Shown: positions 20,382 through 29,528 of the stretch, piece after piece
How positions within the stretch are numbered: position 1 is the first letter of the stretch
How the letters are laid out: every line of letters starts with the position of its first letter
Assembly: GCA_016714815.1 (NCBI GenBank)
Contig: JADKBZ010000014.1
Location: 83,320-147,319, forward strand
Length of the DNA stretch: 64,000 bases
Origin: Holophagales bacterium
GTDB taxonomy: Bacteria > Acidobacteriota > Thermoanaerobaculia > UBA5066
Reading direction: 5' to 3'
Translations under genes and position numbers: made by a program
Notes under the pieces: generated by a model
Seen by the model: the letters and a program-made list of their open reading frames with translations, nothing else
The model's database searches: none
What the model was told of the DNA's origin: nothing

Positions 20382-20863
20382 CCAGGAAACCCGCCCGCCG
20401 AGCCGCCCCCGCGCACAAGAACCTCCCCTTCGACGTCCCGCCGCAGATCGACCGGGCCCTGAAGACCGCCGCCGACAAGGTCGGTGCCGTTCGCGCGGAG
20501 ACCCGCAACGTCGCCGCCAAGGTCGAGACGAAGGTCCGCGCCGCCGCGACGAACGTCCGGAAGACCGGCGAGACGATCGCGAAGGACCCCAAGCACTTCG
20601 TCGAGGACGTCGTCCGCACCGCGAAGTCGGACATCGACAAGGTCCGCGCCGACGTTTCCCGCGAAGCGGGCCGCATCGCCGACGAGGTCGCCCGCCGCGT
20701 CACCGCCGTCGTCGAGCCCGCTCTGGAGAGCGCGCTGCACCGCCTGAACGTCCCGACCCAGAAGGACCTGAAGACCCTCATCACGAAGGTCGACGGCCTC
20801 AGCCGGAAGATGGACCAGCTCCACCCGGCGACGCCCCGCCCCCGGAAGCGCAAGACGGCCTGA
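20378..20863 (+). CDS. Phasin family (PHA granule-associated) protein
   Basis: Helical, K/A/V-rich 161-aa protein (VRAETRNVAAKVETKVRAAATNVRKTGETIAKDP...LHRLNVPTQKDLKTLITKVDGLSRKMDQL). Its ATG overlaps the phaR stop (ATGA). Composition and length are typical of COG3937/TIGR01837-type phasins. Confidence 0.6.
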   Translation: MTRKPARRAAPAHKNLPFDVPPQIDRALKTAADKVGAVRAETRNVAAKVETKVRAAATNVRKTGETIAKDPKHFVEDVVRTAKSDIDKVRADVSREAGRIADEVARRVTAVVEPALESALHRLNVPTQKDLKTLITKVDGLSRKMDQLHPATPRPRKRKTA

Positions 20864-20894
20864 GTCCAGGCTCCCCCCTTACTCCGGATAGACT

Positions 20895-20930
20895 GGCGCC
20901 GGGCGTCCCGCCCGGCGCCGTTTCCATTTC
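20895..20930 (+). terminator. Rho-independent terminator after the phasin gene
   Basis: Perfect 11-bp GC stem GGCGCCGGGCG-tcc-CGCCCGGCGCC, followed by GTTTCCATTTC. Confidence 0.5.
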
Positions 20931-20939
20931 GGAGGAGCA

Positions 20940-22123
20940 GTGACCACACCCAGGCTGAAGCTCGTTTCCTCCCGCGGGAGCTCTCCGCCCCGGGCTCTCC
21001 CCCTGCGCCGGGCCCTCGTCTGCGCCGGCGGAGGCGTCACCGGGGCGATCTACGAGATCGGAGTCCTCGCGGCCCTCGAGGAGCGGCTCGACGGCTTCTC
21101 CCTGACGGAGTGCGACGTCTTCGTCGGCGTTTCCGCCGGCTCCTACGTCGGGACGCTCGTCGCCAGCGGCGTCTCGCCGTCCGTCCTCTTCCGGAACGCG
21201 ACCCACCCCGCACCTCCGATCTCGACCAGCTCTCCCTCTTCCGCCCGAACCTCCGGGAGATCGCCTCCCGGCTCGTCTCGGCCCCGGTCACCGTCGCCCG
21301 TTCGCTCCAGGACTTCTACCAGAACCGCCGCGACGCCACCGTCACCGACCTCGTCGCCTCCTTCGCCGGCCTCCTCCCCTCGGGCTTCTTCCTCCTCGAC
21401 GGCCTCGAATCGTGGCTCTCCGCCTGGCTCTCCGAGGAGGGCCGCACGAACGACTTCCGGGACCTCTTGCACAAGCTCCGCGTCGTCGCCGTCGCGCTCG
21501 ACACCGGAGAGACCCGCGTCTTCGGGGAGCCCGGCAACGACACCGTCCCGATCTCGAAGGCGGTCGCCGCCTCCTGCGCCCTGCCGGGCTTCTTCCGCCC
21601 CGTGCGGATCGACGGCGTCGACTACATCGACGGCGGCGTGAGGAAGACCGCCCACATCTCCCTCGCGCTGAAGGAGCGTTGCGGCCTCGTCCTGTGCGTC
21701 AACCCGATCGTCCCGGCCCGTTACGACCTGGCCAGCGGGCTCCTTCCCGACGGCCGCGAACAGGGCGCGCTCGCGAGCCGCGGCCTGCTGTCGATCCTCG
21801 ACCAGGTCTTCCGCCTCACGCTCCACTCGAGGCTCCAGTACGGCCTCAGGCGCTACCGTCGGGAGAACCCCGACACGGACATCGTCCTCTTCGAGCCGAA
21901 GCCCGAGGAGCTCCCCCGCCTGATGCGCAACATCATGCGGACCTCGGGCCGGATCCGGATCGCCGAGTTCGCCTACCGCTCGACGCTCAAGAAGCTCGAC
22001 GACGAATATGGCCGGCTGACGCGGGTCTTCGAGCGCCACGGCATGAGGCTTCGCCCCGCGGTCTCCCTCTCCAAAGCGCCGCGCCGCCCGGAGGCGGCGC
22101 GGACGGGAACGGGATCGGGCTGA
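20940..22123 (+). pseudogene. Patatin-like phospholipase (PNPLA) gene interrupted by a -1 frameshift near 21200-21215. Possible sequencing error rather than a true pseudogene
   Basis: Frame 0 reads LVCAGGGVTGAIYEIGVLAALEE...FVGVSAGSYVGTLVASG (the GxGxxG oxyanion motif and GxSxG nucleophile motif). After HPAPP the homologous sequence continues in frame 2 (DLDQLSLFRPNLREI...VDYIDGGV, the DGG catalytic Asp). The shift sits in a C-rich stretch, acccaccccgcacc. Confidence 0.7.
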
Positions 22124-22133
22124 AAAAGGGCGG

Positions 22134-23096
22134 CTACTCGCCGGTGAAGAGGTTTCCCCTCCGGGCCAGACGCGAGTCGATCATCTGCTGGATCGTCGAG
22201 CGGACGACGTCGGTCACCTCGTTGACGATCATCGGGCGCTCGGCAAAGTCCGGGTCGAGGCCGGGGTCGATCGGCTTGCCGATGTCGATCCACCACTTCG
22301 TGGGCGCCGGGATGAGCCCCGCCGCTCCGAGGAGCGGGAAGGTCGGGGTGATCGGGAAATACGGAAACCCGAGCGGCCGGCCGAGGAAATCGGGACGGAA
22401 GATGATCGGGTGGATCTCCTCGGCCCCGACGACGGAGATGGGGATGATGGGCGAGCGGGTCCGGAGCGCGAGCCGGACGAACCCGCCCCGGCCGAAGCGG
22501 GCGACGCGGTAGCGGTCCCGGAAGTACTTTCCGACCCCCTTCACCCCTTCGGGGAAGACGGCGACGAGCTCGTCGCGGAGCAGGAGCCGCTCCCCGTTCT
22601 CGGGGCACGCGCGGACCTCCCCCATCTGCCGAAGCCAGGGCTGCAGGAACGGCAGCGTCGTGAACATGTCGAGAGCGAGCATTCGCGCCCGGCGCCGGGC
22701 CGGGTGCTCGTGCGAGATGCCGTGCTTGACCATCGCGCCGTCCCAGGGAAGGACGCCGGAATGGTTGATGACGAGAAGGGCCCGGCCCTCGTTCGGGACG
22801 TTCTCCACGCCCGAGAGCGTCACGCGCCACCAGACGCGGTAGAGGAAGTCGAAGAGGGGGTGCCAGACCTTCGCCGCCGCCTCGTCGTACCCGAAGTCGT
22901 CGAGGTCGAGAGACTGGTTCCGGTGGAGGAAGAGGTTCCAGAGATCGACCCACGAGCGGGGCGAGGTGAACTCGGGATGCGCCGCGAGGAGCTTCGAGGC
23001 CTCCCCGAGGAGGTTCTGGAGAAGGTCCTCCTCGGAAGCGGGGGGGACCAGGCTCGGGACGAACGGCGGGGCGGCGACGGGTTTCAGCTGGCTCAC
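22134..23096 (-). CDS. Lysophospholipid (1-acyl-sn-glycerol-3-phosphate) acyltransferase, PlsC family
   Basis: From a GTG start: MSQLKPVAAPP...LLVINHSGVLPWDGAMV (the HxxxxD-type NHSG acyltransferase motif) and ...VAVFPEGVKG (FPEG motif). The first ~340 codons of the track ORF are shadow. Confidence 0.7.
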   Translation of the reverse strand: MSQLKPVAAPPFVPSLVPPASEEDLLQNLLGEASKLLAAHPEFTSPRSWVDLWNLFLHRNQSLDLDDFGYDEAAAKVWHPLFDFLYRVWWRVTLSGVENVPNEGRALLVINHSGVLPWDGAMVKHGISHEHPARRRARMLALDMFTTLPFLQPWLRQMGEVRACPENGERLLLRDELVAVFPEGVKGVGKYFRDRYRVARFGRGGFVRLALRTRSPIIPISVVGAEEIHPIIFRPDFLGRPLGFPYFPITPTFPLLGAAGLIPAPTKWWIDIGKPIDPGLDPDFAERPMIVNEVTDVVRSTIQQMIDSRLARRGNLFTGE

Positions 23097-24286
23097 GACG
23101 CCATCCTCGTTCCGGCCGGGCGGGCGGCCGTCTCTCCCCCGTCGGGTCCGGGGGTGGTTGGTGCCGCGGGACGCTTCATCCGCTGCTCGAGCCGGTACGC
23201 CGCGGCCCGGGCGATCTCCTCGAGCGCGTCGAAGTCGATCGCGCGGCCGGAGCTCCTCCGCGCCCGGGCGGCTTCGATGGCCGTCTCGAGGGAGGTCTTC
23301 CTGGGAGCGAACCCGAGGACCTTTCGCGCCTTCTCGTTCGCCGCCACGCAGGGGAACCGGATGTAGTGCGCGTGCGCCCCGGGGGCGGTGCCGACCCCCG
23401 TGACCCAGGCGGCCTCCCCGGCGAAGTACGCGACGTTGTGCGGGAGGGGGATCGACGGCGTCCCGAAGAGGAGAAGGGTCGACGAGAGCGGAAGGACCCC
23501 GTCCGGCGCGATGTTGAACGTCCCGTGGGCACCCGGCGTGTCGAGAGCCCGGAGGAGCGCCTCGCTCGCGTCGTCGGGGTGGAGCCACTGCATCAGGGGG
23601 TCGTAACCGAGCATCGTGAGGGCGACCGGCCCTTCGAGGTAGCGAATCCGGTAGTCGCGACGCTCCGCGGCGAGGAGGGGCGCGAAGCGCAGCACGGCGA
23701 CCCGGGCTTCGGGATGCCGCCGGGCGAAGTCGCGGCAGTGCCGCTCGGCCTCCACCGAGTCTCGGACGAAGTGGTCCGCGACGTCGGCCCGCATGAGGTG
23801 TTCCTCGGAGAGGAACGCCGGGTTGTCTCCCCGGGCCCCGTAGACCATCGTCGTCGAGTAGTGGATGAGGCGCTTGACGTCGGCCTCTCCGGCCGCCCCG
23901 AAGACGTTCAGCGTGCCGATGGAGTTCAGCTCGTGAGCGTAGACGGCGTCCCTGAGGGGGCTTCTGACGCCCGCGAGGTGCACCAGGACGTCGGGCCGCT
24001 CTTCTTTGAGGATCTTGTAGACGGTCCCGTCCGAGTGGGGCAGGTTCAAATCGAGGAAGCGGTGGCGAACCTCGGCCGGGGTGTTCGCTGCGGGCGCCAG
24101 GTCGAGGACGACGATGTCCCACGTGCCGCGCGCGGCGAGGGCGCGGACGAATCGTGCCCCGAGGTAGCCGCTCCCGCCCGTGACGGCGACCCTGGGCCGC
24201 GCGGTCGCCGCCGGCTTGAACCCGACCACCTCTCCCTCGGCCGAACGCCGCGCCCGAGGGGAGGACTTCTTTTCCGGTTCGGTCAC
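23093..24286 (-). CDS. NAD-dependent epimerase/dehydratase family protein (extended SDR)
   Basis: RVAVTGGSGYLGARFVRAL is the GxxGxxG Rossmann motif, and the region ...YSTTMVYGARGDNPAF...is also present. The stop overlaps the PlsC-like start by 4 nt. The true start may be internal to the listed ORF. Confidence 0.65.
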   Translation of the reverse strand: MTEPEKKSSPRARRSAEGEVVGFKPAATARPRVAVTGGSGYLGARFVRALAARGTWDIVVLDLAPAANTPAEVRHRFLDLNLPHSDGTVYKILKEERPDVLVHLAGVRSPLRDAVYAHELNSIGTLNVFGAAGEADVKRLIHYSTTMVYGARGDNPAFLSEEHLMRADVADHFVRDSVEAERHCRDFARRHPEARVAVLRFAPLLAAERRDYRIRYLEGPVALTMLGYDPLMQWLHPDDASEALLRALDTPGAHGTFNIAPDGVLPLSSTLLLFGTPSIPLPHNVAYFAGEAAWVTGVGTAPGAHAHYIRFPCVAANEKARKVLGFAPRKTSLETAIEAARARRSSGRAIDFDALEEIARAAAYRLEQRMKRPAAPTTPGPDGGETAARPAGTRMAS

Positions 24287-24299
24287 GACCCGGCCCTTC

Positions 24300-24578
24300 T
24301 CAAACGGCCTTCTTGCGGCGCGGCCTGGCCGGCGCCTTGGCGGCCTCGAGCTCGGCCTCGAGAGCGGCGATCCGCGCCTCCATGCGGGCGAGGTCCTTGC
24401 GCGTGGCGACGTTCATCCGCTTCAGCGCGACGGCGACCTGCTTGTCGACGATCTCCTTGACGGCGATCCCCTTCTTGAGCATTTCGACGAAAGCCTCGTT
24501 CGCGAGCAGGCTGTTGGTCACTTCCGTCGCGAGCTCTTCTCCGCGACTCATGAGCTGCCGGATGATCGTCTCTGCCAT
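24300..24578 (-). CDS. Small phasin-like (COG3937-type) helical protein, paralogous in motif to the phasin at 20378
   Basis: MAETIIRQLMSRGEELATEVTNSLLANEAFVEMLKKGIAVKEIVDKQVAVALKRMNVATRKDLARMEARIAALEAELEAAKA. It shares the L.R(L/M)NV.T.KDL...L...V..L motif with the phasin at 20378 (ALHRLNVPTQKDLKTLITKVDGLSRKM). It lies 14 nt upstream of the epimerase gene. Confidence 0.5.
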   Translation of the reverse strand: MAETIIRQLMSRGEELATEVTNSLLANEAFVEMLKKGIAVKEIVDKQVAVALKRMNVATRKDLARMEARIAALEAELEAAKAPARPRRKKAV

Positions 24579-24701
24579 GGCGGCGTTCCTCCCTCCGCAC
24601 TCGCCCCGTTCGCCCGCCTGGAAGGGCTTTCGTTCCGGGGCGTGCGCGCGAGCTTCCATTATCGCCGCAACGCGGAAAAGGAATCGAGCGGAGAATGGGC
24701 C

Positions 24702-26545
24702 ATGCCGACGCCCGACGCGCTTTCCCGCCTCGACGACGCGCGCCTCATCCTCGTGTCGGGAAAAGGGGGCGTCGGGAAGACGGCCGTGGCGGCCGCCCTC
24801 GCGGCCAGGGCCGGCGCCGAAGGACGCCGGGTCCTCCTCGTTTCGACCGACGGCCGGGGCGATGCCGCGGCCCTCTTCGGCCGGTCCGACCCGGGTTACC
24901 AGCCGACGAAGCTCGCGCCGGGCGTCCAGGGCCTCACGGCCGAGTTCGACCCGCTCCTCGAGGATTTCGTCAGGACCATCGCCCCGATCGGCTTCGTCGC
25001 GAGCCGCATCCTCGCTTCGCCCACCTTTCGCTACTTCACCCGGGCCACCCCCGGCCTCCCGGACCTCCTCCTCCTCGGGAAGATCCGCGAGCTCTTCCGC
25101 AAGAAGAAGCCCGCCTGGGACCTCATCGTGGTGGACGCCCCCGCGACCGGCCACGCCATATCCCTCTTCTCGATGCCCCGGACCGTCCTGGCCACCGTCC
25201 CGGCGGGGCCGATCCGGCACGTCGCCGCCGACCTCGACACGATCCTCTCGAATCGCGCCCTGACCCTCCTCGTCGCCGTCGCCGAGCCGGCCGAGTTCGC
25301 CGCCCGCGAGGCGGAGGAGCTGGTCGATGCGGCCCGCGAGAAATCCGGCCTCGAAACGGCCCTCCTCGTCGTCAACCGCATCGGCCGGAGCGGAAGGGCC
25401 GAAACGCTCCCCCGCGGGGAGCTGCCGGTCCTCAGGATCCCGGAGCTGGAGGGCTCGAGCGCCCCCGGTGCGGGCCCCTTCGCCGCCGACGAGGCGTTCT
25501 TCGCCGCTTTCCGGCCGCGCTCGAGGGGTCTCCTCCCGGCGCCGCGGACCGCCGCCGCCTCCTCCGGGTCCCCGGAAACCTCGACCTCGAAGAGGCGTTG
25601 CGGGACGAACGGCTCGTCGTTCTCGCCGGCCCCGGCGGGGTCGGCAAGACGACCCTCGCCGCCGCCGTCGGAATCGCCTCGGCCCGGGGCGGACAGAGGA
25701 CTCTCGTCCTGACCGTCGATCCTGCCCGGCGCCTCGCCCAGGCTCTCGGACTCTCGGGGGACCTCGACCGGCCCGTGCCGGTGCCGGCCTGCGGCGGCGC
25801 CGCTCCGGTGATGCAGATCGACCCCCGCGCGACGTTCGAGAGGCTCCTCGAACGGGTCGCCCCCCCGGCCACGCTGAAGCGGATCCACGAGAACCGCCTC
25901 TACGACGGCCTCGTCGGCTCCCTTCCCGGCGTCATCGAGTACATGGGGGTCGAGGCCCTCGCCGAGCACGCCAATGACCCCGACACCGACCGGATCGTCC
26001 TCGACACCGCTCCCGCCGCACGCGGCATCGACTTCCTGAAGACGCCCCAGCGGATGGTCGAGCTTCTCGAGAACGACGCCCTTCGCTGGTTTCTCCGAAG
26101 CGACTCCCTCCTCTCCAGGGCCCTCTCGGGAGCGTCCCGCGGCGCGGCGTTCGTCCTGCACCTGGCCGATCGCCACCTGGGGTTCAGCTTCCTCGCCGAC
26201 CTCGCCGACTTCTTCCGGGCCTTCGACGGTCTCTACGACGGCTTTCGCGAGCGGAGCGCGCTCATCCGCGCGCTCCTCGCCGACGCCCGCTACCTCGTCG
26301 TCTCCTCGGCCGACCGGTCGGCGCTCAGGACGGCCTCCGAGCTGGCCGAGCTACTCCCGGCGGGGCCCGGCAAGGCGGGTCTCCTCCTCAACCGCGTTTC
26401 GCCCCGCTTCGGGCTGCCACCGCTCCCGATCGGGCTCCGCGGGCTCCCGAGGCGGAACTTCCTCGAGGAGCCCGGCTCGCTCGAGTCGCTCCCCTTCCGC
26501 CTCGCCGACCAGCTCTCGCCGGCCGCGGTCGACTCCCCGTCCTGA
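24702..26545 (+). pseudogene. ArsA/Get3-family ATPase with two P-loop halves (anion-transporting ATPase-like). The halves lie in different frames (-1 shift near 25500-25600). Either one frameshifted ~614-aa two-domain gene or two overlapping genes
   Basis: Half 1 (frame 0): LILVSGKGGVGKTAVAAALA...VVDAPATGHAISLF (Walker A, and DxxxTGHT-like). Half 2 (frame 2): LVVLAGPGGVGKTTLAAAVGIA...VLDTAPAARGIDFL. The total length matches two-domain ArsA. The second half has no ATG/GTG and only a poorly positioned TTG at 25598. The same -1 shift type recurs in three other genes in this window. Confidence 0.6.
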
Positions 26546-26548
26546 CCG

Positions 26549-28081
26549 CTACGCCAGGCCCGAGAGAAGGTCGTCGATCTCGGTGACGAGGACCTGGCGC
26601 GCCGCGTCGATGTCGGCGGCGGCGTAGCGGTCGGCGTCCCACGGCGCCACCCGCGTCCGGAGGCGCGCGTGGAGCGCCTCGAGCGGGGGGCTCGAGCGGA
26701 GCGGGCGCCTGAGGTCGAGCGCCTGAGCGGCGGCCAGGAGCTCGATGGCCAGGACGTTTTCGAGGCTCGCCACGTTCCGCGCGAATTTTCGGGCGGCGAT
26801 CGGCCCCATCGAGACGTGGTCCTCCTTGCCGGCCGAGGTCGGGATCGAGTCGACCGACGCCGGGAAGGAGTTCGCCTTGCACTCGGAGACGAGCGCCGCG
26901 GCGGTGACGTGGATCATCATGAAACCCGAGTGGAGCCCGCCCTCCTTCACGAGGAAGGCCGGAAGGTCGCCCGAGAGGGTCGGGTTGACGAGTCGCTCCG
27001 TCCTGCGCTCGGAGATCGACGCGAGGTCGGTCGCCGCGGCGGTCAGCATGTCGAAGACGAGAGCGACGGGGGCGGCGTGGAAGTTCCCGCCGGAGATCAG
27101 CTCCCCCTCGCCGTCCGGCCCGGTGGCGAAGACCATCGGGTTGTCGGTGGCGGAGTTCATCTCCGTCGTGACGACCCGGAGCGCGTGCGCGGCGGCGTCG
27201 CGGACCGTCCCGTGCACCTGGGGCGCGCAGCGGAGGGCGTACGCGTCCTGGACGATCCCGCAGTCGCGGTGGCTCTCCCGGAGCGGCGAGTCGGCGAGGA
27301 GGACGCGCAGGTTCGCGGCCGAGACGCCCTGCCCCGGGTGCGGGCGCGCCGCGTGGATCCGCGCGTCGAAGGCGACGTCGGTCCCCTTCAGCGCGTCGAT
27401 CGTGAGCGCCGTGACGAAGTCGGCCGCCTTCAGCAGCGAGAGGAGCCGCGCGAGCGCGAGCCCGCCGACGGAGGTCGTCAGCTGCGTCCCGTTGATGAGG
27501 GCGAGACCCTCCTTCGCCTCGAAGACCGCGGGCGACAGGCCCGCGGCCGCGAGCGCCTCCCTGGCGGAGACGCTCTTCCCGCGGAGCTCGACGCTCCCCT
27601 CCCCCATGACCGCCCTCGCCAGGTGCGCCAGCGGCGCGAGGTCGCCCGAGGCGCCGACGGAGCCCTGGGACGGGACGTGGGGGTGGATCCCGGCAGCGAG
27701 CATCGCCAGGAGCAGCTCGACGGTCTCCCGCCTCACGCCCGAGAAGCCGCAGGCGAGGCAGTTCGCGCGGAGAAGCATCAGCGCGCGGACGGTCTCGGAG
27801 GGGAGCAACTCCCCGACGCCCGCCGCGTGGCTCTCGACGAGGTTGCGCTGGAGCTGCTGCAGCTTGTCGCGCGGGATGACGACGTCGGAGAACTTCCCGA
27901 AGCCGGTCGTCACGCCGTAGACGACCCGGTCCTCGCGGACGGCGCGGTCGATGACGGCGCGCGAGGCGTCGATACGGCGGCCGGCGTCTTCGGAGAGGAC
28001 GGCGCTACGGCCCCGGAAGGCGACGTCGACGAGGTTCTCGAGGGTCAGGGAGCTGCCGGTCAGGACGAGGGGTTCGCTCAT
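26549..28081 (-). CDS. hutH: Histidine ammonia-lyase
   Basis: From the internal Met MSEPLVLTGSSLTLENL...VYGVTTGFGKFS...SQGSVGASGDLAPLAHLA (the ASG triad that forms the MIO cofactor). The first 45 codons of the track ORF are probably not translated. Confidence 0.9.
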   Translation of the reverse strand: MSEPLVLTGSSLTLENLVDVAFRGRSAVLSEDAGRRIDASRAVIDRAVREDRVVYGVTTGFGKFSDVVIPRDKLQQLQRNLVESHAAGVGELLPSETVRALMLLRANCLACGFSGVRRETVELLLAMLAAGIHPHVPSQGSVGASGDLAPLAHLARAVMGEGSVELRGKSVSAREALAAAGLSPAVFEAKEGLALINGTQLTTSVGGLALARLLSLLKAADFVTALTIDALKGTDVAFDARIHAARPHPGQGVSAANLRVLLADSPLRESHRDCGIVQDAYALRCAPQVHGTVRDAAAHALRVVTTEMNSATDNPMVFATGPDGEGELISGGNFHAAPVALVFDMLTAAATDLASISERRTERLVNPTLSGDLPAFLVKEGGLHSGFMMIHVTAAALVSECKANSFPASVDSIPTSAGKEDHVSMGPIAARKFARNVASLENVLAIELLAAAQALDLRRPLRSSPPLEALHARLRTRVAPWDADRYAAADIDAARQVLVTEIDDLLSGLA

Positions 28082-28136
28082 CGGTCGGTGATTCTCGCAT
28101 TCGGGCGATCCCCGCGCCGGCGGGTAGAATCGCGCG

Positions 28137-29465
28137 GTGAATACGTCCCGAAACGCCTTTGTGATCGTCGGGGGGCAGTGGGGCGACGAAGGGAAGGGGA
28201 AGGTCGTCGACCTCATCTCCCCAGCCTTCGACGTCGTCGCGCGCTACCAGGGCGGCCACAACGCCGGCCACACCGTCAAGTTCGAAGACCGCCACTTCGC
28301 CCTTCGCCTCGTCCCGTCCGGCATCTGCCGCAAGGGGATCCTGAACGTCATCGGCAACGGCCTCGTCGTCGACCCGAGGGCCCTCGTCGCCGAGATCGCG
28401 AGCCTCGTGGCCGCGGGCGTACCGGTGGGCGAGAACCTCAAGCTCTCCGATCGCGCCCACGTCATCCTCCCGACTCACGCCCTCCTCGACGGCGCGCGGG
28501 AGAAGGCGCTCGGCGGAGCCAACATCGGCACGACCTCGCGCGGCATCGGACCGGCCTACGAGTCGAAGGCGAACCGGACCGGCATCCGGGTGGCCGACCT
28601 CGTCGACCCCGACCGTTTCGTCTCCCTCGCGCGCCCCCTCCTGACGCACCACGCGGCCGTCCTCTCCCACTTCTACGGCCTCGAGGCGCCGAGCGTGGAC
28701 GAGACGATAGAGACCTACCTCGCCTGCGCCCGCGAGCTCGCCCCCCTCGTTGCCGACACGCGGGCCCTTCTCCAGCAGAAGCTCGCCGACGGCGCCCGCA
28801 TCCTCTGCGAAGGGGCCCAGGGCGTCATGCTCGACGTCGACCACGGGACCTACCCGTTCGTCACCTCCTCCTCCTGCGGTCCGGGGGGCGCGTGCACCGG
28901 CCTCGGCATCCCGCCGTCGTCCATCGGCGCCGTCGTCGGCATCATGAAGGCCTACACGACGCGGGTTGGCTCCGGCCCCTTCCCGACCGAGCTGTTCGAC
29001 GAGACGGGCGATCGGATCCGGGCTCGCGGAAACGAGTTCGGCACCGTGACCGGGCGCCCGCGCCGGGTCGGCTGGTTCGACGCCGTCGTTGCCCGGACGA
29101 GCCTCCATATCGGTGGCCTCGACGCCATCGCCCTGACGAAGACCGACGTCCTCGACGACCACGACGAGGTGAAGATCTGCGTCGCCTACGACGTGAACGG
29201 AAAGACCGTCACCGAGGTCCCCGCCCGCTCGGACCACTACGAGGCGGCCAGGCCGATCTATCAGACCTTCCCCGGCTGGAAGAAGTCGATCGTCGGCACG
29301 GACGACTTCACCGCCCTCCCGGAGGCGGCGCGGGCCTACGTCTTCGCCCTCGAGGAAGCGATCGGCGCGCCGATCACGCTCCTTTCGACGGGACCGAAGC
29401 GGGAGGAGACGATCATCCGGCCCGGGACCGTCCTCGACACCTGGCTCTCCCCCGCCCGCGGCTGA
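28137..29465 (+). CDS. purA: Adenylosuccinate synthetase
   Basis: VIVGGQWGDEGKGKVVDLIS (P-loop), QGGHNAGHTV, GNGLVVDP, GTTSRGIGPAYESK. Full-length, 442 aa. Confidence 0.9.
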   Translation: MNTSRNAFVIVGGQWGDEGKGKVVDLISPAFDVVARYQGGHNAGHTVKFEDRHFALRLVPSGICRKGILNVIGNGLVVDPRALVAEIASLVAAGVPVGENLKLSDRAHVILPTHALLDGAREKALGGANIGTTSRGIGPAYESKANRTGIRVADLVDPDRFVSLARPLLTHHAAVLSHFYGLEAPSVDETIETYLACARELAPLVADTRALLQQKLADGARILCEGAQGVMLDVDHGTYPFVTSSSCGPGGACTGLGIPPSSIGAVVGIMKAYTTRVGSGPFPTELFDETGDRIRARGNEFGTVTGRPRRVGWFDAVVARTSLHIGGLDAIALTKTDVLDDHDEVKICVAYDVNGKTVTEVPARSDHYEAARPIYQTFPGWKKSIVGTDDFTALPEAARAYVFALEEAIGAPITLLSTGPKREETIIRPGTVLDTWLSPARG

Positions 29466-29525
29466 CCCGCCGACGGAACCCGTCGCCCGCCCGATCCCCG
29501 GAGGGACCGGGCGGGCGCGGGCTCT
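29466..29525. terminator. Probable bidirectional stem-loop between convergent purA and the secreted-protein gene
   Basis: 10-bp GC stem CGCCCGCCCG ... CGGGCGGGCG. Its 14-nt loop can itself fold (CCCGG-aggga-CCGGG). No T-tract, as is common in high-GC genomes. Confidence 0.35.
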
Positions 29526-29528
29526 CCC

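Noticed and set aside
17840-28081. hutU and hutH as a split hut operon
   Set aside because: The two genes are 7 kb apart on the same strand with the PHA-type cluster between them. No hutI, hutG or hutC is visible in the window. This is probably just lineage-specific gene order, not an insertion. I could not find flanking repeats.
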